Shown here: positions 1-13,719 of the stretch, one piece after another
Numbering within the stretch: position 1 is the first letter of the stretch
How the letters are laid out: each line of letters starts with the position of its first letter
NCBI RefSeq assembly: GCF_044704955.1
Contig: NC_091989.1
Location: forward strand, 104,656,001 to 104,720,000
DNA: 64,000 nt
Direction: 5' to 3'
DNA from: Pristiophorus japonicus
Lineage: Eukaryota
Position numbers and translations under genes: made by a program
The notes under the pieces: generated by a model
Seen by the model: only the letters and a program-made list of their open reading frames with translations
Told to the model about the DNA's origin: nothing
Databases searched by the model: none

Positions 1-112
1 GCAAAATACTGCAGATGCTGGAATCTGAAATAAAAACAGAGCATGCTGGAAATCTCAGTGGGTCAGGTAGCATCTGTGGAGAGAAAAACAGAGTTAACAT
101 TTTGGGTCGACG
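1..112. repeat. One arm of the Penelope-associated palindromic repeat (partial, at window edge)
   Basis: gcaaaatactgcagatgctggaatctgaaataaaaacaga...gagttaacattttgggtcga is the reverse complement of the right arm of the complete copy at 18985-19205. Confidence 0.75.
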
Positions 113-164
113 ATCGGATGAAGAGTTCAGACTAAATAAATACTGTGGCTCTATGAGCATGCCA

Positions 165-708
165 GATGCTGGGTAATCTGCGGCGAGTAACTCATCTCCT
201 GAGTTGCCAAAGCCTTTCCACCATCTACATGGCACAAGTCAGGAGTGTGATGGAGTACTCTCTACTTTCTTGGATGAGTGCAGCTCCACAACACTCAAGA
301 AATAGCCCACGGCAATGGCAACATATCACCTTAAACAGTTAGTCACTCCACCACTGGCATTGCAGCAACTTACCCAAGGCTTCTTCGACAGCACCTCCCA
401 AACTCGTGACCTCTACCACCTAGAAGGACAAGAGCAGCAGGTGCATGAGAACAGCACTACCTCCAAGTTCCACTCCAAGTCACACACCATCTTGACTTGG
501 AAATATATTGCCGTTCTTTCATTGTTGCTGGGTCAAAATCCAGGAACTCCCTCCCTAACAGCACTACCTAACAGGAGTACCTTCACCACACAGACAGCAG
601 CGGTTCAAGAAGGCGGCTCACCACCACCTTCTCATGGGCAATTGTGAATGGGGTATAAATGCTGGCCTTGCCAGCAACACCCACATCCCGCGAATTAATA
701 AAAAAAAC
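165..708 (+). mobile_element. 3' end of a decayed CR1/L2-group LINE with A-rich tail
   Basis: Residual RT C-terminal peptide AQVRSVMEYS...WMSAAPQ, then 3' tail aaatgctggccttgccagcaacacccacatcccg...aataaaaaaaa. A reverse copy of the same tail lies at about 24541-24640. Confidence 0.65.
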
Positions 709-709
709 T

Positions 710-2380
710 ATATGGACAACAGCCAGAGACAATCCCATGTCCACCACGTTAGTGACCTCCCAAAAAATTCATCTAGAATAGTCAGACAAGAATTACACTT
801 CACGAATCCTGCTGACTCTCTTTGATAAGTTCATACATTTTCAATGCTCAGTCACTTTGTCCTTCATGATAGATTTCAGTAACTTCCCCACAGTTGACGT
901 TAAACTCAAATGTCTGTAATTTCTCAGCTTCTCCCTCCCCTCTTAAATAATGGAGTGACAATTGTGATTTTCTAAACCAAATCAACAATTCCCAAATTGA
1001 GAGCGCTTTGGAAAATTATGACTAATGTATCTGCAATTTCATGACCTGTTTCTTTTAATATTGGTGGAAACCATCAGGTGTTAGAGATTTGTCAATCTGA
1101 AGTTTCATTGTTTTCTCCATTACCATTTCTTTACTGATATTAAATCCATTATGTTCCTCTCCTTGACTTATTTTTAGGTGCTCTTATACCGCTGGTATTT
1201 TGTTCTCTTCCTCTACTGTGAAAACAGATACTTTGGCCCCTATTTTCCACTTTCCCGGTTTTTGACGCCCATGTACAATAACTCACCATTTTTTTCCGCC
1301 CGATTGCGCCAAAAAAACACAACTTTCCCTAAAGTAATATTTTATTTTATTAATTTAATTGCCTGAAGTTAATTCTGGGGGCGGAGCTTCAAGTGTGCGC
1401 CAAAAACTCTTGCCATGTGCAAAAAGCTGAGGTTGCCAGGGCAACCAGAGACACACTGACAGCTGAAGCAAGCTGAAGCCTGCTCCCCCGCTGTAACCCC
1501 AGCCAGAAAGGACTACTCCCCTCGCTGTAATCCCGGGCTGAATGCCACCCCCCCCCCCCCCCCCAGCTACCACTCCCCCTGCAAGTTAAAGTTCCACAGC
1601 CTGGCGTTGCAGCAGGACCGGGAGCGGGGATGCCAGTCGGCCCGGGGTTACAGCGGGGGCCGGGAGAGGGGGGGACCAGTCCTTTCTAGCCAGGGTTACA
1701 GAGGGGGAGCCAAAAGATGAAAATCCATGAAATAGTTCCCGCTGAAAAATCTTCTTCCCGTGCTCCAATTTCAGAGCACCCTGTGAATAAGTAATCATGA
1801 ATTTGTATTTTAATTTTTCTTCTTTTGACTTGCATCAATGTCATCTTGTGTGCCACGTTGATTTCCTTAAGTTAACAGAAGGTGTTTTTGCGGTGCTTTT
1901 GGCCACTGTGCGCCACGCTCCAAAAAATCGCACACGTGGAAAATCACTTCCCTGTGAAAAAACGGCCAAAAACAGCGCCCGATCCAGTTATGACATCACC
2001 GGGTGCCAAAAAAATAAAACTGGCGCTGACAGCGTGTGCCAACGCACAAACCTTTGCCAAAGTTGCAAAAAGAGGATTTCACGCCAAAAAAACGTTGCAC
2101 GCCAAAAACATGGCGCCCAATTTGGGTGAAAATAGGCAGCAAAGTATTCATTTAACAAGTCTGCCATTTACAAATTTTCCATTACAGTCTCACCTGCATC
2201 TGTCTTTAATGGGACCACATTCTCCTTTACCATTCACTTTCTCAACATTGTTATTTTGGAAAGATTGCACTATTAGCGTTGATATTCCTTCTAAAATTTT
2301 TTCCCATGCTCCCTTTTGGCAGCACTTATTATTTTCTTTGTATCCCTTTGTTGCTTTTCATAACTCTCCCAGTCTGCTAG
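710..2380 (-). mobile_element. Old CR1 ORF2 fragment split by a MITE (1234-2141)
   Basis: Minus strand reads MADLLNEYF (about 2142-2168), resumes VSVFTVEEE (about 1205-1231) and LIKESQQ...CLT (about 770-830). Confidence 0.75.
1234..2141. mobile_element. Non-autonomous TIR element (Harbinger-type MITE)
   Basis: Imperfect TIRs tttggcccctattttc ... gaaaataggcagcaaa, interrupting the CR1 NEYF|VSVF codons. Internal CGCCAAAAA-type subterminal repeats. Confidence 0.7.
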
Positions 2381-3265
2381 ATTTGCAACTAGGAAGACTA
2401 TGAGAGACTATAAAAGACTGATGGTCAACATAAAGGGAAATAACTAGTGCTTTCATAAGAAGTAAAAGATTCGTTAAAGATGGGAAGTGTTACAAAGGTG
2501 CAATAAAGGTGGCATTTGCTAATTGGCAGTGAGAGAATGGTACAGATACCAATTAAATATTTTACACAAGTTTTTGCAGAGAAAGGTGGAAGTGGGAATA
2601 TCTGAGGAGCATGTGGCCAAGCGTGCGTCTCCAGATCTTCTGTACCGTCATATTATCCTCCACACCCTGCTCCTCTGGATATCGCCCTCTGGATCATTCT
2701 CTAATGCCCCTTGGGTGGATCTCTCCAGGCTGCTGTTTTGTAGGGAGAGGGTGAATGATAAGAGGGCGAATGACAATGAGTTCAATGAAGTGCTGGCAGG
2801 GCCAGAAGAAGTAAGGCTGGGGATATCGTCATCCTACCTCTTCTTGCTGTGTTACATCTAGACAAGAAAGAAAAGAAAGGTGAGAATGGGTTATTAAGGA
2901 GCAGAGTTCAAAGGTGACTTTCAGTAGAAGCAGGTATATGAGCATTTCATGATCTAGTTTGCTGGCAGATGTCCTATCATACTATAGCATCAGAGGAAGA
3001 CAAGCAGAATGTCATAAAGCTGCTGCTTGCACCTGCCCTCCAGATTCCCCATCTCTAACTTTGTTTGATAAGTAAGTCACAAAGACGGTTACCAGGAGTT
3101 TCAAAAGCTTTCTCCACATAGGGGTGTGAGGGTAGAGGTTGGAGGCCTCATTAATCAATGCACTGCTCTATCTCTATCTTATGGGCTTCCCTTTACATTA
3201 AGATGAATGTAAAAAGTAAGAATGTCATTGTTATGTATGTAAACCTGTAATTACCATGTGATAAC

Positions 3266-6200
3266 TGATATGTCCTTACTATACAGTATAAATGCACACA
3301 AGGCCCACACTTGAGAGAAGGTCACTCTGTGATCAGTTACCTTTATTACCAAAACCTCAAATGATGAAGATGATTGGAGCTTCCCCTTTTATACCTGAAA
3401 GTCCAGGTTCGGAGTGTCTCCCACAAGTTCACCCCCTTGTGGTCAATGTTCTCAAGGTGTACAACTTAGGTCAGCTTTTACATGGGTTACAATGATAGTT
3501 GAATACATGACATCACCTCCCCCCAAAGTCTTATTGGGATCACAGGTTGAGTCTCTCTGGTGATTTACGCTCCCTTGTAGAGCGCCTGAGTTGGGGCTCC
3601 GGTTGTTGGGCATAGGCCTGAGTGTCTGCTGTTTGCGGTGCCTCAGGCCTGTCTGGACTGCCCACAGTGACTGGGCTCTCCTCCCTTGGTTCCGTTGTTC
3701 GGTCACCTGTGGTGGAGTAAATTCTACATTGTGTTCTTCCTCTGCTTCTTCTATGGTGTTGCTGAACCTCCTTTTAGTTTGATCCACGTGTTTGCGGCAG
3801 ATTTGTCCATTGTTAAGTTTAACTACCAAAACCCTATTCCCCTCTTTGGCAATCACAGTGTCTGCAAGCCATTTGGGCCCTACAGTGTAATTAAGGACAA
3901 AAACAGGGTACATCGCGCCCTCGCATTCCTGTCATGGTAGTCACATTGTGACTGATGCCTGCTCTCAACAATTTCTTTCATAGTGGGATGTATAAGGGAT
4001 AACCTGGTTTTGAGCATCCTTTTAATTAGCAGCTCTGAGGGTGGAACCCCTGTGAGCGAGTGTGGTCGGGATCTGTTGGCCAACAGGAGGCATGATAAGC
4101 GGTTTTGTAGGGATCCCCCTTGGATTCTGAGCATCCCCTGTTTGATTATCTGCACTGCTCGTTCCACCTGGCCATTTGAGGCCGGCTTGAACGGTGCCGT
4201 TCTGACATGGTTGATTCCATTGCCTGTCATGAAGTCCTGGAATTCAGTGCTTGTGAAGCATGGGCCATTGTCGCCGACCAAGACATCCAGTAGATCATGG
4301 GTGGCTAACATTGCCCGTAGACTTTCTACCGTGGCAGAGGATGTGCTTGAATTTAAAATGGCACACTCAATCCATTTGGAGTAGGTGTCTACTACAACCA
4401 AAAACATTTTTCCCATGAAAGGACCTGTGTAGTCCACATGGATGCGTGACCATGGCTTGGTGGGCCAGGATCAGTGGCTAAGGGGGGGCTTCCCTGGGTG
4501 CGTTGCCCAGCTGAGCACATGTGTTGCACCTGCGAACACAAAGTTCCAGGTCTGCATCTATCCCTGGCCATCAAATGTGTGACCTGGCAATTGCCTTCAT
4601 CATGACAATGCCTGGGTGCTCATTGTGCCTTCATCATGACAATGCCCGGGTGCTCATTGTGAAGTTCTCTGATAAACACCTCTCTGCCCATCTGGGGCAT
4701 GACTACTCGGTTTCCCCACAGTAGGCAATCGGCCTGAATCGAGAGCTCATCCTTGTGCCTATGAAACAGTTTAAATTCCTCAGGGCATGCCCCGTACGTG
4801 GCTGCCCAGTCCCCATTCAGGACACATTTCTTAACTAAAGTCAGTAGCGGGTCTTTATTTGTCCAGACTTTAATTTGACGGGCTGTCACAGGTGAGCCTT
4901 CGCTTTTGAAAGTTTCAACAGCCATGACCATCTCAACATCATGCTCAGTTGCCCCCTCAGTGGTGGCTAGTGGGAGCCTGCTGAGTGCATTGATGCAGTT
5001 TTCAGTGCCCGGTCTGTGCCGAATTGTGTAGTCATAGGTGCCTAACGTGAGTGCCCACCTGCGTATGCGGGCTGATGCATTCGCATTTATGGCCTTGTTG
5101 TCGGCCAAAAGGGACGTTAGGGTTTTGTGATCTGTCTCCAGCTCAAATTTCCTGCCAAACAGGTACTGGTGCATTTTTTTTACTGCATATACAAATGCTA
5201 GCGCATCCTTTTCTACCATCCCGTAGCTCCTTTCTGCCTGGGACAGACTTCTGGAGGCATAAGCTACCGGCTATAACTGACCATTGGCATTCACATGCTA
5301 CAATACACACCTGACCCCATAGGACAAGTTTCTTACATGGGTCATATAACGTTAACAGTTTGTTGGGGCATAACAAATTGCCTGCTCTATCAAAAGTCTT
5401 TTCCTGGCTGTCCCCCCAGACCCAATCGCAACCTTTGCGTAGGAGCATGTGTAGCGGCTCTAACAGCGTGCTCAATTTGGGAAGAAAGTTACCAAAATAG
5501 TTCAGGAGCCCCAGGAACGAACGCAGCTCTGTCTTGTTACGGGGTCCGGGTGCTCTCTGGATCGCTTCCATTTTGGATGCAGTGGGTCTGATCCCGTCTG
5601 CTGCTACCCTCCTCCCCAGGAATTCTATCTCTGCAGCTAAGAAGACGCACTTCGCCTTTTTCAGTCGCAGCCCTACCGGTCCAGTCTGCGTAGCATCTCC
5701 TCCAGGTTGTGGAGGTGTTCTTCAGTATCACGACCCGTGATGAGAATGTCGTCTTGAAAAACCACCGTCCTTGGAATCGACTTGAGGAGGCTTTCCATAT
5801 TTTGCTGAAAGATCACGGCGGCCGAACGAATCCAGAACGGACATCTGTTATACTCAAACAACCCCTTGTGTGTCGTGATGGTGGTCAGCTTCTTCAACTC
5901 ACTCGCCAGCTCCTGGGTCATGTAAGCTGAGGTCAGGTACAATTTTGAAAAAAGTTTGCCACCGGATAACATCGCAAAGAGGTCTTCCACTCTCAGTAGT
6001 GGGTACTGGTCTTGGAGTGACACCCGATTGATGGTGGCCTTCTAATCACCACATATCCTGACCGACCCATCCGCGTTGAGCCCCGGCACGATCGGGTTTG
6101 CCCAGTCACTGAATTCGACTGGCGAGATGATGCCTTCCCTCAGCAGGCGGTCCAATTCGTATTCTTTTCCCTCATCATGTAAGGCCCCGCTTTGGCCTTG

Positions 6201-8018
6201 TGGTGTACTGGCCTGGCGTCCGGGCTTATGTGAATCACTACCTTGGCCCCCATGAAAGTGCCGATGCCGGGTTGAAATAATGAGTCAAATTTGTCCAGGA
6301 CCTGTGAGCATGATACTTGCTCCACAGAAGAAATTGCATTGACATCGTCCCATTTCCGTTCCACAACAGCAAGCCAACTCCTCCCGAGTAGTGCGGGACC
6401 ATCCCCCGGGACAATCCAGAGTGGCAACCTGTTCTCCGAATCTTTGTGGGTCACGACTGCCGTGGTGCTGCCTAGCACCGGAATGATCTCCTTTGTATAT
6501 GTCCGTAGCTGTGCGTCAATCAGCAATAATTTTGGCCTCCTGGCCTTGGACACCCACAACCTTTCGAACTGTTTGATACTCATCAGGGACTGGCTGGCCC
6601 CCGTGTCTAGCTCCATTAATACTGGGATGCCATTGAGGAGCACTTTCATCATTATCGGTGGCGTCCTGGTATATGAACTGTATATGTGCTCCACATGAAC
6701 TCGCTGAACTTCAGCTTCCAGCGATTTCCCCCAGTATTCATTTGGCCTCGTAGGGCTTACATCGGGCCCGTCCTTCTCGGACACCAACCTGGCTGCAGGT
6801 TTCCTGCACACATGCGCCAAGTGATCGCTGACGTTGCAGTTTCTGCAGGTATATTGCTGATACCTGCAAGCTCTGGCTGTGTGTTTGCCTCCACATCTCC
6901 AGCATGAGCTGGAGGCCCCATTGTTGGAAACTAAAGGTCCATTACCAGTCGATCGTCTCTGACTGTCTCTGTAACTGTCCTTAAGCGCACCATTAACAGG
7001 TATTGATGGCCCCATTTCTGGCCCCATTGTCCATTGCGATGGCATGAATCGCCGTTCAGCTAGCCATTGTCTCTGTTGAATTCCCCATTTGGGTTCGACT
7101 ACATGCTGGGCCATGTCCGATTGCCCTTGTCTGCCTAGAGAACTGTGTGCCGCATTAACAATGTTGACTCCCTGGTCGTTTGCCGCATTTGAGCCAAGAT
7201 TTTTGTCATACATCATTCTGGTCTCTTCCTCCTCTGAGATAAATGTCTGGGCTATCAGAGCCTCCGCTTCCAAGGTCAAGTCTTTGGTCTCAATCTGTTT
7301 CCTGAAAACCCCAGCATACCCGATGCCCTCAATAAAAAAGTCTCACAGCATCTCCGCTCTGCATGCATCTGGGAACTTACATTGGCTCGCCAGTCGCCGG
7401 AGATCTGCCTCGAAGTCTGGAACGGTTTGACCTTCTCGCCGCCGGTGCGTGTAAGACCGGTGTCTCGCCATGTGCATGCTGCTCGCCGGTTTAATGTGTT
7501 ACCCGATCTACTTACTGAGCTCTTCAACCGTCTTGTCCACCGGCTTCTCTGGCGCTAGAAGGTCCTTCATCAGGGAATAGGTTCTGGATCCACAAACCGT
7601 CAGGAGATGAGCCCTGTGTTTGTCGGCCGAATCCTGTCCCAACCATTCCTTAGTGACAAAACTTTGCTGTAGTCTCTCAATAAAGTCATTCCAATCATCA
7701 CCAATACAGTACCTCTCTTCTGTGCTGCTATTGGCCATGCTCGCATGGTTTAAATCCCAGTTTCTCATCGCCAATGATATGTCCTTACTATACAGTATAA
7801 ATGCACATGAGGCCCATACTTGAGAGAAGGTCACTCTGACCAGTTACCTTTATTACCAAGACCTCAAGTGATGAAGGTGGGTGGAGCTTCCCCTTTTATA
7901 CCTGAAAGTCCAGGTTAGGAGTGTCTCCCACAAGTTCGCCCCTTGTGGTCAATATTCTCAAGGTGTACAACTTAGGTCAGCTTATACATGGGTTACAATG
8001 ATAGTTGAATACATGACA
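3266..8018 (-). mobile_element. Full-length decayed Ty3/Gypsy element nested antisense in the 5' LTR of the outer element
   Basis: LTRs 7775-8018 and 3266-3512 (TGTCATG...ATATCA on minus), TSD ATAAC (3261-3265 and 8019-8023), PBS tggcgatgag about 7764-7773, PPT 3513-3530. Confidence 0.95.
3540..7740 (-). pseudogene. Inner Gypsy gag-pol, disrupted
   Basis: Zinc knuckles CWRCGGKH/CRNCNVSDH, protease LDTGA, RT VFQDDILITG, RNase H ETDHK, integrase DYTGP...DNGP...SNGQVER. A 34-bp tandem duplication (4592-4659) frameshifts the integrase N-terminus. Confidence 0.9.
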
Positions 8019-8198
8019 ATAACCACCAGAGAGCTTATCTCCTGGAGTACCTTGGGAGCACCTGCATATAAGGAGGCCTCACAGGCTGGAGAGGCACTCT
8101 GAGATCTGTAATAAAGGACTACGGTCACACTTAGTATCCAGCTTGAGTATCTAGTCTGACTCTTTATCCAAGATACAACAACTGGCAACGAGATACAG

Positions 8199-11100
8199 AT
8201 GACGAACCCCAATGCAACGATGCAGAGAATTGTGGGCATCCTGGAGAAATTTTCGGAGGAAGATGATTAGGAAACCTTCGTGTAGCGACTTGACTGATAC
8301 TTCGTGGCCCATGAGCTGGAAGGAGAAGGGAACGCTGCCAAATTAAGGGAAATCCTCCTCACCGTTTGCGGGGTACTAACGTATGGCCTCATGAAAAACC
8401 TGCTCACTCCAGTAAAACCCACAGACAAGTCATACGATGAGTTGTGCACTCTGGTCCAGGAGCATCTAAACCCGAAGGAAAGCATTTTGATGGTGAGATA
8501 TCGGTTCTACACATACAAGAGGTCTGAAGGAAGTGGCGAGCTACGTTGCCGAGCTAAGGCACCTTTCAAGACATTGCGAATTTGAAGGACACTTGGAGCA
8601 TATGCTCAGGGACTTCTTTGTACTTGGCATTAGCCATGAAGTGATATCAAGACCCCAAACCTGAGTAAAGCCATAGTGATAGCCCAGGCATTCATCTCCA
8701 CCAGTGACAATACCAAACAAATTTCCCAGCACACTAGTGCTGCTGCAAATACTGTGAACAAAGTAACGTTTTTGAATCAAAATGTACATGTCAGGACTTA
8801 CACGCCTGTAGCTGCATGTCCGCAGATGACTCAGAGTCCGCCATCAAGGATGGTGAATACAAGGCAATTAACACCTTGTTGGCGCAGCGGGGATGATCAT
8901 CGATTCCATTCATGCCGCTTCAAAGGAGACGTTTGCAAAGGCTGTGGAACAATGGGACACCTCCAACGTATATGCAGGCGAGCTGCAAACCCTGCTAATC
9001 CTGCAAACCACCATGTTGCAGAGGAGGACAGATCCACGGTGGATCATGACGAACCAGAGCCTCAGACCGAGGAGGCAGAGATATATGGGGTGCACACATT
9101 TACCATAAAGTGTCCCCCAATAATGCTGAAGGTTGAATTAAATGGACTCCCAGTGTCCAAGTTGTACACGGGCGCAAGCCAGTCCATAATGAGTAAACAG
9201 ACTTCGATAAGTTGTGGTGCAACAAGGCTTCAAGGCCAGTCCTGACTCCCATTCATAACAAAATTAGAACATACACAAAGGAACTGATTCCTGTAATTGG
9301 CAGAGCTACTGTGAAGGTCTCCTACGATGAAGCGGTGCACGATTTACCACTCTGGGTGGTACCAGGCAATGGCCCCACATTGTTCGGCAGGAGCTGGCTG
9401 GGAAAGATATGCTGGAACTGGGATGACATCCGAGCGCTTTCGTCCGTCGACGACACCTCATGTGCCCAGGTCCCTCGCTGTTCGAACCTAGTATCGGGAA
9501 GTTCCAAGGAGTAAAAGGGCAGATCCTTTTCATTCCGGGGTACGCAACCCATCCATCACAAGGCGAGAGCGGTACCTTACATGATGAGAGAGAGGGTGGA
9601 GATCGAGCTGGACAGGCTGCAATGAGAGGGCATCATTTTGCTGATCGAATTCAATGAGTGGGCCAGTCCAATTGTTCCAGTCCTCAAGGGAGACGGCACT
9701 GTCAGAATCTGTGGTGATTACAAAGTAACTATCAATCGTTTCTCACTGCAGGATCAATACCCACTACCAAAGGCAGACGACCTATTTGCGGCGCTGGCAG
9801 GAGGGAAACTCTTCACGAAGCTGGAATTGACCTCGGCCTACATGACGCAAGTGCTGGAGGAATCTTCTAAAGGCCTCACCTGCATCAACACGCACAAAGT
9901 CTTTTCATTTACAACAGATGCCTGTTTGGGATTCGATTGGCCGCGGCGATATTCCAGAGGAACATGGAAAGCTTGCTGAAGTTGTTCCCACACACCATGG
10001 TCTTCCAGGACGACTTCTTGGTTACAGGTCAGGATGCCGTTGAGCATCTGCAGAACCTGGAGGAGGTTCTTAGTCGACTTAATCATGTGGGGCTCAGGCT
10101 AAAATGCTCAAAATGCGTTTTCCTGGTGCCTGAAGTGGAGTTCCTGAGGAGAATAATCAGAGCGGACGGCATCAGGCCCACCGATTCGAAGACAGAGGCA
10201 ATCAAAACGCACAAGGACCACAGAACGTGATGGAGCTTCGGTCGTTTCTAGGACTCCTGAACTATTTTGGCAACTTCTTACCGGGTCTTAGCACATTGTT
10301 AGAACCCCTGCAATTTTTACTGCGTAAAGGAGATGAATGGGTATGGGGTAAAAGCCAAGAAAATGCCTTTGGGAAAGCTAGGAAGCTGTTATGTTCAAAC
10401 AAATTGCTTGTGTTGTAACGATCCATGTAAATATTTGGTATTAGCATGTGATGTGTCGTCGTATGGGGTCAGGTGTGTATTGCAACAAGCTAATGTATTT
10501 GGGAAATTACAACCGGTTGCTTATGCATCCAGAAGTCTGTCTAAGGCAGGGAGGGCCTACAGCATGATCGAAAAAGAAGCGTTAGCATGTGTTTGCGGGG
10601 TAAAGAAAATGCATCAATATCTGTTCGGGCTCAAATCTGAATTGAAACCAACCATAAGCCGCTTATATCCCTCTTTTCTGAAAATAAGGGGATAAATACA
10701 AATGCATCGGCCCGAATCCAGAGATGGGCGCTTACATTGTCCGCATACAACTACGCCATCCGCAACAGGCCAGGCACAGAAAACTGTGCCAATGCTCTCA
10801 GTAGGCTGCCATTGCCCACCACCGGGGTGGAGATGGCGCAGCCTGCAAATTTAATTATGGTATGGAAGCATTCGAGAGTGAGCAATCACCTGTTACCGCC
10901 CAACAGATTAGAATCTGGATGAACCAGGACCCCTAACTGTCCTTAGTAAAAAAAACTGTGTGCTCCATGGGAGTTGATCTAGTGTCCCGTTAGAGATGCA
11001 GGAAGAAATAAAGCTCTACCAGCGGTGCAAGGATGAAATGTCTATACAGGCAGACTGCCTCCTATGGGGTAATCGGGTAGTTGTGCCAAAAACGGGCAGG

Positions 11101-12230
11101 GACACTTTCATTAGTTATCTCCACAGTACCCACACAGGCATTGTAATGATGAAAGCGATAGCCAGATCCCACGTGTGGTGGCCCGGTATCGATGCAGACT
11201 TAGAGTCCTGCGTGCACAAATGTAACACATGTTCCCAGTTAAGCAATGCACCCAGGGAGGCGCCACTAAGTTTATGTTCTTGGCCCACCAAACCGTGGTC
11301 TAGGGTTCATGTCGACCATGCAGGCCCATTCTTGGGAAAAATATTTTTAGTGGTTGTCGATGCGTATTCCAAGTGGATTGAATGTGTGATAATGTCTGCA
11401 AGCACGTCTGCTGCCACCATTGAAAGCCTACGGGCTACCTGATGTCCTTGTGAGTGACAATGGGCCGTGCTTTACCAGTGCCGAATTCAAGGAATTCATG
11501 ACTCACAATGGGGTCAAACATGTCACATCTGCCCTAATTCAGCCAGCGTCCAATGGTTAGGCAGAACGAGCAGTTTAAACAATCAAGCAGAGCTTGAAAA
11601 GAGTAACTGAAGGTTCACTGCAGACTCGCTTATCGCGAGTCCTGCTTAGTTACCGCATAAGGCCTCACTCGCTCACCGGGGTCCCTCCCGTTGAACTGCT
11701 CATGAAAAGGGCACTTAAGACAAGGCTCTCGTTAGTCCACCCTGATCTACATGAACAGGTAGAGAGCAGGCGGCTTCAACAGAATACATATCATGATCGC
11801 GCAAATGTGTCACGCGAAATTGAAGTAAATGATCCTGTATTTGTGTTGAATTATGGACAAGGTCCCAAGTGGATTGCTGGCACTGTTTTGGCCAAAGAAG
11901 GGAGTCGGGTCTTTGTGGTCAAACTTGCAAATGGACTCACCTGCAGAAAATACTTGGACCAAACCAAACTCAGATTTACGGACTATCCAGAACAACCCAC
12001 AATAGACCCTACCTTTTTTGACCCTCCAACACACATACAAGTGGCAACCAACCCAGCGGTTGACCACGAAGCAGAACCCATCACCCACAGCAGCCCAGCA
12101 AGACTTACCACCCCCAGCAGCCCAGCAAGGCCAGCTGCACAGCAGCCCAGCAAGGGCCCAACAAACGACTCACCAACACCAGGGATGATCAACCAGGGAA
12201 AGGAAGGCCCCACATCGACTCATATTGTAA
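8199..12230 (+). pseudogene. Outer Gypsy gag-pol, disrupted by frameshifts and stops
   Basis: ORFs 8304, 8676, 9212, 9638, 9937, 10227, 10333, 10996 and 11594 tile gag, protease, RT, RNase H and integrase in Gypsy order. Confidence 0.9.
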
Positions 12231-12588
12231 ATAGTTACACTATTGACTTTGGGGGGGGGGGGGAGTGTTGTTATGTATGTGAGCCTGTAATTAACATGTC
12301 TAACCATCAGAGGGCTTGTCCCCTGGAGTCCCAAGGGATCCCACAATCCCTTCGGAGCACCTGTACATAAGGAGGCCTCACAGGCTGGAGAGGCACTCTG
12401 AGATCTGTAATAAAGGACTACGGTCACACCTTACTTTGAGCTTGAGTATCTAGTCTGACTCTTTATCCAAGATACAACAGTCATGAGATGCAATTAACCC
12501 CAAATATCATCAGGCAGACCATAATGGAGGTGATGAAAGGTACATGATTTAGGATTGATTCAAGGATTCTGAGTGGGAAAGCTCTATC

Positions 12589-13392
12589 CACATTAGGACT
12601 GATTTTCTGAATGGGGAAATCACTACACACATTAGGACTGATTTTTTGAATGGAGGGGCTCTACTGCTCATTCGGACTGATTTTCAGAATAGGGATCGCT
12701 ATGTACATTAGGACTGGTTTTGGCAGTAGGAGATCTCTGTACACATTAAGACTGATTTTCTGAATGTGAAGCTCTATACACATTAGAAACAATACTGTGA
12801 ATGAGGGAACTCTATGCACATTATGACTGGCTTTCTGAATGGGGGAGCTTTATATATTAGAAGCAATTCTGTGAAACATAGAAAATAGGTGCAGGAGTAG
12901 GCCATTCAGCTCTTCGAGCCTGCACCACCATTCAATATGATCATAGCTAATCATCCAATTCAGTACCCCATTCCTGCTTTCTCTCCATACACCTTGATCC
13001 CTTTAGCCATAAGGGCCACATCTAACTCTCTTTTGAATATATCTAACAAACTGGCCTCAACAACTCTCTGCGGTAGGGAATTCCACAGGTTAACAACTCT
13101 CTGAGTGAAGAAGTTACTCCTCATCTTGGTCCTAAATGGCTTACCCCTTATCCTTAGACTGTGACCCCTGGTTCTGGACTTCCCCAATATTGGGAACATT
13201 CTTCCTGCATCTAACCTGTCCAGTCCCGTCAGAATTTTATATGTTTCTATGAGATCACCTCTCATTCTTCTAAATTCCAATGAATATAAGCCTAGTCGAT
13301 CCAGTGAATGGCGGAGCTCTGTACATATTCGGATTGATTTTCTGAATGGGGAGATCTATACACATTAGAACCAATTTTATGAGTGAGGACCT
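12589..13392. repeat. Degenerate minisatellite (unit about 38-40 bp, cacattaggactgattttctgaatgggga...), about 10 units, split by a CR1
   Basis: Units visible at 12589-12875 and resuming 13304-13392. Confidence 0.8.
12876..13303 (-). mobile_element. 5'-truncated CR1 LINE 3' end
   Basis: EFRRMRGDLIETYK...FFTQRVVNLWNSLP, GTTTCTAT-type tail, flanking GTGAA duplication (12871-12875 and 13304-13308). Confidence 0.9.
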
Positions 13393-13719
13393 TTATTTTT
13401 GAGTTAATTATTTGAGGTGCTTGCTGACAGGGAGCCTCATTTGCCTGTAACATATATGGTGAGGTCGTGGGCACTCTGCTCATAATTGTCCATCCAAATG
13501 GGCGGCCTGCAAGTTCCTGATATGTGCTGCCAGCATCAAGACTACGAACATTGCTCATATTATCTGTGCTCAGGCTACCTTTTATCCAGCAGTTCAACAC
13601 CATTAAAAAGGACACCAGAAAGGTATTATCAATGGCCAGTGAGAGCAGTGTTGTGATTGGTTCAGTTTCCATTATTACTCAAATTACCTGCTTTATTTGA
13701 GGAGGGGAGCACATATGCA

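Larger units (their letters stand above)
3229..12479 (+). mobile_element. Full-length decayed Ty3/Gypsy LTR retrotransposon (outer element)
   Basis: TG...CA LTRs (5' LTR split into 3229-3265 and 8024-8180; 3' LTR 12269-12479), 5-bp TSD GTCAT (3224-3228 and 12480-12484), PBS tggcaacgag 8183-8192, G-rich PPT before 12269. Frameshifted gag-PR-RT-RH-IN: CKGCGTMGHLQRIC, FQDD, LACDVSSYG, PWSRVHVD. Confidence 0.95.

Noticed and set aside
2600-2857. Strong minus-strand acceptor (ctttcttttctttcttgtctag) with a possible exon
   Set aside because: Phase-1 reading stops after 9 codons, no recognisable peptide, and it lies far beyond the gene's stop codon. Possibly a TE remnant.
12589-12875. CRISPR-like array
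   Set aside because: Vertebrate DNA; units are contiguous degenerate tandem copies with no unique spacers and no cas genes.
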